Below the pieces are notes generated by a model, which saw nothing but the letters and a program-made list of their open reading frames with translations, did no database searches and was not told where the DNA came from. Of a stretch of 64,000 nucleotides of DNA, positions 60,008 to 64,000 are shown one piece after another. The position numbers and the translations under genes were made by a program. The DNA comes from a virus. Its lineage: Duplodnaviria > Heunggongvirae > Uroviricota > Caudoviricetes. The stretch spans positions 1,687 to 65,686 of the IMG/VR virus record IMGVR_UViG_3300029705_000054. The stretch is one strand, 5' to 3'. Positions within the stretch are counted from its first letter, which is position 1, and the number at the start of each line of letters is the position of its first letter.

Positions 60008-60973
60008 ATGAAGTACACAAAGAATTCAATTACAATTCAAGGAAGAGTTTACAGTTTTGGAGAAGCAAATGGAAGAAATATGCTTGAAGTAAAGACTGTA
60101 AAGAATGAAAAGTCTGAGAACTTCGGTAAGGAGTTTATTGCAGGAACTATCCAGGTTGCAGTAGATGAAGCAGGTCTTAATGTAATTCCTGTTCACTACA
60201 CTTTTGTAACCCCCACCACAAAGAATGGCGGCACCAACAATACCTTTACCGCTCTTAAGGCACTTATCGATGGCGGTAAGACTTGGGTAAAGGACGGCAA
60301 GGATGCTGCACCTATGGTTAAACTCGAGCCTTCTTTTGCGCTCAATGATTTCTATATCAATGAGAATGGTGAAGATAAACTTGTCTCTCAGGTAATGCAC
60401 GAGGGTGGTTTTGCAACAATCGTAAACACTCTTCCTGAGAACGAAGCAGAGAGAACTTATTTCCGCTGTGATATGGTTATCACAAATGTAACTCATGTAG
60501 ATGAAGATAAAGAGAAAAACATTGATGAACATGTTGCTCTTCGCGGTGCAGTATTTAATTTCCGTAAAGAACTTCTTCCTCTTACCTTTACAGTTAAGAA
60601 TCCTAACGGTATGAATTACTTTGAAGAACTTGGCGTGTCTGGTAGCGAGCCTGTTTACACTTGGGTTGAAGGTATTATTAACTGCAATACTGTTAAGAAC
60701 GAGGTCAAGGAAGAGACTGCATTTGGCGGCGAGTCTGTAAGAACCTTTGAGCGCAAGACTAAAGAATGGCTTGTTGTAAGAGCTTCGCAGAATCCTTATG
60801 ACTTTGGTGAAGAGGGTATTCTTACTGGAGAAGAGCTTACAAAGGCTATGCAGGATAGACAGGTTAAGCTTGCCGAGGAAAAGAAGAGAAGTGAAGAGTA
60901 TAAGGCACAGAGAAATAATCCTGTAGCAGCGCCCGCCGCTCCTCAGGCAAAAGCTGGTGGCTTTAACTTCTGA
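60008..60973 (+). CDS. possible single-stranded DNA-binding protein (OB-fold), tentative
   Basis: Highly expressed-looking gene (strong RBS). ITIQGRVYSFGE pattern and a C-terminal Ala/Pro-rich flexible tail. Architecture only. Confidence 0.3.
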   Translation: MKYTKNSITIQGRVYSFGEANGRNMLEVKTVKNEKSENFGKEFIAGTIQVAVDEAGLNVIPVHYTFVTPTTKNGGTNNTFTALKALIDGGKTWVKDGKDAAPMVKLEPSFALNDFYINENGEDKLVSQVMHEGGFATIVNTLPENEAERTYFRCDMVITNVTHVDEDKEKNIDEHVALRGAVFNFRKELLPLTFTVKNPNGMNYFEELGVSGSEPVYTWVEGIINCNTVKNEVKEETAFGGESVRTFERKTKEWLVVRASQNPYDFGEEGILTGEELTKAMQDRQVKLAEEKKRSEEYKAQRNNPVAAPAAPQAKAGGFNF

Positions 60974-60992
60974 TAAAAAGAGGTAAGTGAAA

Positions 60993-61556
60993 ATGGCAGA
61001 TTTTAATTTACTTGATATTTAGCCTCATTAGGTTTCAAGAGATATGCGCGGTTATTGCGTCTTCTTCTATGGAGACGCAAAGACCGGTAAAACTACTACC
61101 GCGACTAAATTCCCTAATCATCTTTTGGCGGCTTTTGAAAAAGGATATAATGCAATTCCCGGCGCCATGGCACAACCTATTAATAGTTGGTCTGAGTTTA
61201 AAAAATTCTTGCGCCAGTTAAAGAATGAACAGGTTAAAGCTAGATTCGAAACTATTATCCTTGATACAGCTGATATAGCCTATGACTATTGTGAGAAATA
61301 TATTTGCGCCAATGCAGTTCGTCCAGATGGCTCTATAGGCGTCGATAGCATCGGTGACATTGGTTACGGAAAGGGCTTCAAAATGGCAGCGCAAGAGTTT
61401 GATAGCGCGCTTCGTTCAATCCTTCAATTAGGATACGGCTTAGTAATTATTTCTCACGCGCAAGACAAAACCTTTAAGGATCAAAATGGCAATGAGTATA
61501 ATCAGATTGTTCCTACTCTTGATAATAAACCTCGTAATATTGTAAACCGTATGGCT
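60993..61556 (+). CDS. RecA-fold AAA_24-like ATPase, putative exon 1 (2 in-frame TAG codons at the N-terminus). It may be spliced to 62533..63021
   Basis: MADFNLLDI-Q-PH-Q-VSRDMRGYCVFFYGDAKTGKTT (Walker A), IILDTAD (Walker B), VIISHAQ. Strong RBS aaaaagaggtaagtgaaaATG. Confidence 0.5.
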
Positions 61557-62532
61557 TAACATTTTTATTTCATATTTTCGCTCTCTTAAAGAAGGAGTTG
61601 AAAGTTTTTTGAGAAAATATCCTTTAAATTTAACAAACATTAAAATAGACCCTCATGAAAAATATTATTGGCTTGGATTTTTAGCTGGAGATGGAAATGT
61701 AGCTAAAAATGAAGCCAGAGTAAGAGTTGAGTTAAAAGATATAGATAGAGAGCAGCTTGAAAATTTACAAGCATTCTTTGAATCTAATGCGCCCATTACA
61801 GAGCGTACTAATAACACTGGATGTCATGCTTTAACTGTATCTATAAACTCGGCAGAGTTAAAACGTTATTTAGCACAATATAATATAGTACCTGCAAAAA
61901 CCTCTATTTTTAGTATTCCCCTTGAAAACATTCCTAATGAATATATTTATGATTTTGCAAGAGGATTGCTAGATGCAGATGGTAGTATTCACATTAGAGA
62001 AGATAGAAACAATATTCCTAGTTTAAGTTTTGTCAGTCAAACTGAGATCTGCACAAAACAAATGCTAGAAATTTTAGAGTTTGATAATAAAGTAAGTCCT
62101 TGTGGAACCTCTGCTTATCAAATTCATAAAGAAGGCGCTGCAGTTGTACAAATTTTAAATAAAATTTATGAACATTCAACCGAGGCCTCTCGGTTGAGAC
62201 GAAAATATGAAATATATAAGGCCCTTAATGGAGCAATCCATTAAGCAAATCATGTGAATTGCTGGAAACCCCTTAGAGTTAATCAAACTACAGCATAAGA
62301 ATGAAAGAAATCTAAGTGCGAATGTTAAAAATTGATTAAATTGGGCAATCAGCAGCCAAGCTCCGAATAGGAGAAGGTTCAACGACTATCCCACTGGAGG
62401 ATGAAATTTCCTCAACAGGAGTAGGGCTTTTATAATAATATAAAAGTAGGTGAAAATCCTTTAAATCGAAGTGCATGACATCCACCGTTTAAAATGGATG
62501 AAGATATAGTCTATTCCCATTAAAATATCTTG
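61557..62532 (+). mobile_element. group I intron (candidate, phage IA-type) carrying a LAGLIDADG endonuclease ORF
   Basis: Conserved core elements seen directly: P-like gaattgctggaaacc (62256), Q aatcagcag (62346), R gttcaacgactat (62377), S aagatatagtct (62501). Confidence 0.55.
61609..62244 (+). CDS. LAGLIDADG homing endonuclease (double-motif), intron-encoded
   Basis: Motifs LGFLAGDGNV and LLDADGSIHI. Confidence 0.65.
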   Translation: MRKYPLNLTNIKIDPHEKYYWLGFLAGDGNVAKNEARVRVELKDIDREQLENLQAFFESNAPITERTNNTGCHALTVSINSAELKRYLAQYNIVPAKTSIFSIPLENIPNEYIYDFARGLLDADGSIHIREDRNNIPSLSFVSQTEICTKQMLEILEFDNKVSPCGTSAYQIHKEGAAVVQILNKIYEHSTEASRLRRKYEIYKALNGAIH

Positions 62533-63021
62533 AAAAAGAGGGTATTAAAGGACATAATAGGATATGCGAGAACTGTTGAGTCTGAGTCTGGTGAGAAATC
62601 TACAAAACTCTTTATGCGCGGAACTCCTCGTTTCGTAGCTGGAAGTAGATTTAAGTATACGCCTGATTATATTGACTTCAACTATAATGCTCTTGTTAAT
62701 GCAATAGGAGATGCTATTGATAGACAGGCGGCTGAGGATGGAACTCAATACTTCACAGATACTGGCGCCAACTTGCATACATTCGTTTCAAAAGAACTTG
62801 ATTTCGATGAACTTATGATGCAGTTTAACTCAATGATTCAAGACCTCTCGGTTCAAAGCGACGAAGAAACATTCAAAACTTATTGGCAACCTCGTATTAG
62901 TCAATGCATAGAGAAATATCTTGGTAAAGGACAAAAAGTTTCTCAGTGCTCTCGCGAACAGACAGAAGCGCTTGACCTTATTGTGACGGAACTTAAAGAT
63001 TTGATAAATACAGCTCAATAA
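62533..63021 (+). CDS. putative exon 2 of the ATPase gene (or a separate hypothetical protein with TTG start at 62530)
   Basis: In frame with exon 1 if the splice joins ..cgt atg gct | aaa aag agg.. No ATG or RBS of its own. Confidence 0.35.
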   Translation, partial: KKRVLKDIIGYARTVESESGEKSTKLFMRGTPRFVAGSRFKYTPDYIDFNYNALVNAIGDAIDRQAAEDGTQYFTDTGANLHTFVSKELDFDELMMQFNSMIQDLSVQSDEETFKTYWQPRISQCIEKYLGKGQKVSQCSREQTEALDLIVTELKDLINTAQ

Positions 63022-63119
63022 TGATTAAGTCAATAGAGGATATTATCCTCTATTGACTTTTTATTTAATTTATGTTATAATATATATATATAAAAGTATA
63101 AAAAGAGGTAAAAAGATAA

Positions 63120-63641
63120 ATGGCGAGCAAAGCAATGGTTAAATGCCTGTATTGTGGCCAGCTTTTTGATCGTAATTCTGAGCCTTGCGCCAAACCAAAA
63201 GGTAATCGTTACGCACATCAAAAATGCTATGAAACACATATGGCATCAATGTCTCAAGAAGAACGAGACTATAATGAATTAATCGAATATATAAAATACC
63301 TCTTAGGAGAGGATTTAAATCCGCGAGTATGGAAACAACTTAAGGAATATAAAGAAGTGTATAAATATTCTTATAGTGGAATATTAAAAACGCTTAAGTG
63401 GTGGTATGAATTAAAAGGTAACGATGTGGAAAAAGCAAACGGTGCAATAGGCATTGTACCTTATGTCTACAAGGATGCGTGCGCCTATTACTATGCACTA
63501 TATCTGGCGGCGGTCGCTAATGAAGATAAAGACATAGAGCATTTTCAAGTTAAGGTTAGAGAGTTCTCTATTGAACCACCTATGAGAATTGTAAAACCGC
63601 CGCGTTTGTTCAATTTAGATGATTTGGAGGAAGAGGAATGA
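63120..63641 (+). CDS. hypothetical protein with an N-terminal Zn-ribbon (CLYCGQ..C..C)
   Basis: Class-B promoter and RBS aagaggtaaaaagataaATG. Confidence 0.5.
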   Translation: MASKAMVKCLYCGQLFDRNSEPCAKPKGNRYAHQKCYETHMASMSQEERDYNELIEYIKYLLGEDLNPRVWKQLKEYKEVYKYSYSGILKTLKWWYELKGNDVEKANGAIGIVPYVYKDACAYYYALYLAAVANEDKDIEHFQVKVREFSIEPPMRIVKPPRLFNLDDLEEEE

Positions 63642-63907
63642 AAAAACATAAAGTAATTTTAAAATTCACTAAAGCTCGCTACGATTCTGATTATCTTGGC
63701 TGGTTTGAAGTAGCAGATACAACATTTTATAATTGGGCGGCTGAAGCTGAAGCTAATTTTGATGTTGTTATTAAAATTTGTAGATTAAAAAATCATCTTG
63801 ATCTTATGAAAAGTAAAATAGTATTCATTGGGTCAGATGCAAAAATAGTAGCACATGCATGGATCAATAAGCTTGGTAATAAAATTCAAAATATTAAAAT
63901 GAGGTGA
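63638..63907 (+). CDS. hypothetical protein (89 aa)
   Basis: ATGA overlap with the upstream gene. Confidence 0.45.
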   Translation: MKKHKVILKFTKARYDSDYLGWFEVADTTFYNWAAEAEANFDVVIKICRLKNHLDLMKSKIVFIGSDAKIVAHAWINKLGNKIQNIKMR

Positions 63908-64000
63908 GGCAACAATGAGCAAAAGTAAATATGTAGATACCGCTGCAATAATGCAAGTGATCGGTGCTATCTATATCCAACCCTCACTTTTAGATAATGA

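Noticed and set aside
1-64000. CRISPR arrays, integrase/att sites, transposases
   Set aside because: No regularly spaced direct repeats with unique spacers, and no recombinase-like ORFs were seen. The repeated elements are the promoter units

Overview
This 64-kb window appears to be a contiguous stretch of a large, AT-rich, virulent bacteriophage genome whose host is most likely a low-GC Firmicute. The host inference rests on the sigma-70 style TTGACA-N17-TATAAT promoters and the AGGAGG-like ribosome-binding sites. Nearly all genes are on the + strand, except a short minus-strand cassette at 9.4-13.5 kb. The window can be read in six parts.

(i) 0-8.5 kb: small early genes, each with its own strong promoter and terminator. 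They include a nucleoside 2-deoxyribosyltransferase-like protein, a HAD deoxynucleotidase, a DEDD exonuclease, paralogous Zn-ribbon proteins and paralogous winged-helix-like proteins.

(ii) 9.4-13.5 kb: a minus-strand cassette whose genes carry in-frame TAG codons. It contains helix-turn-helix proteins and a GIY-YIG endonuclease.

(iii) 20-28.5 kb: an ~8.5-kb protein-poor island that is densely packed with tRNA genes and structured spacers. It holds at least 18 tRNAs, several of them non-canonical. Two tRNA genes, Leu-UAA and Lys-UUU, are interrupted after anticodon position 34 by a tRNA-like element that ends in CCA.

(iv) 28.6-38 kb: a structural/late region with an 826-aa major vault protein homolog, a tail-fiber N-terminal-domain protein, a ~945-aa BspA-type leucine-rich-repeat receptor-binding protein, a Hint/bacterial-intein-like domain protein and an HNH endonuclease.

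(v) 38.5-55 kb: pyrimidine-dimer glycosylase-like protein, lipoprotein, an RpoD-like sigma factor, a tRNA-binding-domain-RNA ligase fusion, a polynucleotide kinase domain protein, a metallophosphoesterase, RNase H, an amber-suppressor tRNA of the glutamine type (anticodon CUA) with its own promoter, a two-subunit type II topoisomerase, a papain-like peptidase and an NAD-dependent DNA ligase.

(vi) 55-64 kb: a nested GIY-YIG locus, a RecA-fold ATPase gene that seems to be interrupted by a group I intron carrying a LAGLIDADG endonuclease, and a possible single-strand DNA-binding protein.

The main finding is that a subset of genes can only be read if TAG is decoded as glutamine. These are the tail fibers, all the GIY-YIG and HNH homing endonucleases, several DNA-binding proteins and the N-terminus of an ATPase. 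Early genes still use TAG as a stop codon, and the phage carries its own suppressor tRNA, so this looks like amber-codon recoding of late genes. All calls were made by eye from the sequence and the ORF track. No database searches or HMM scans were run, and tRNA coordinates may be off by a few nucleotides.
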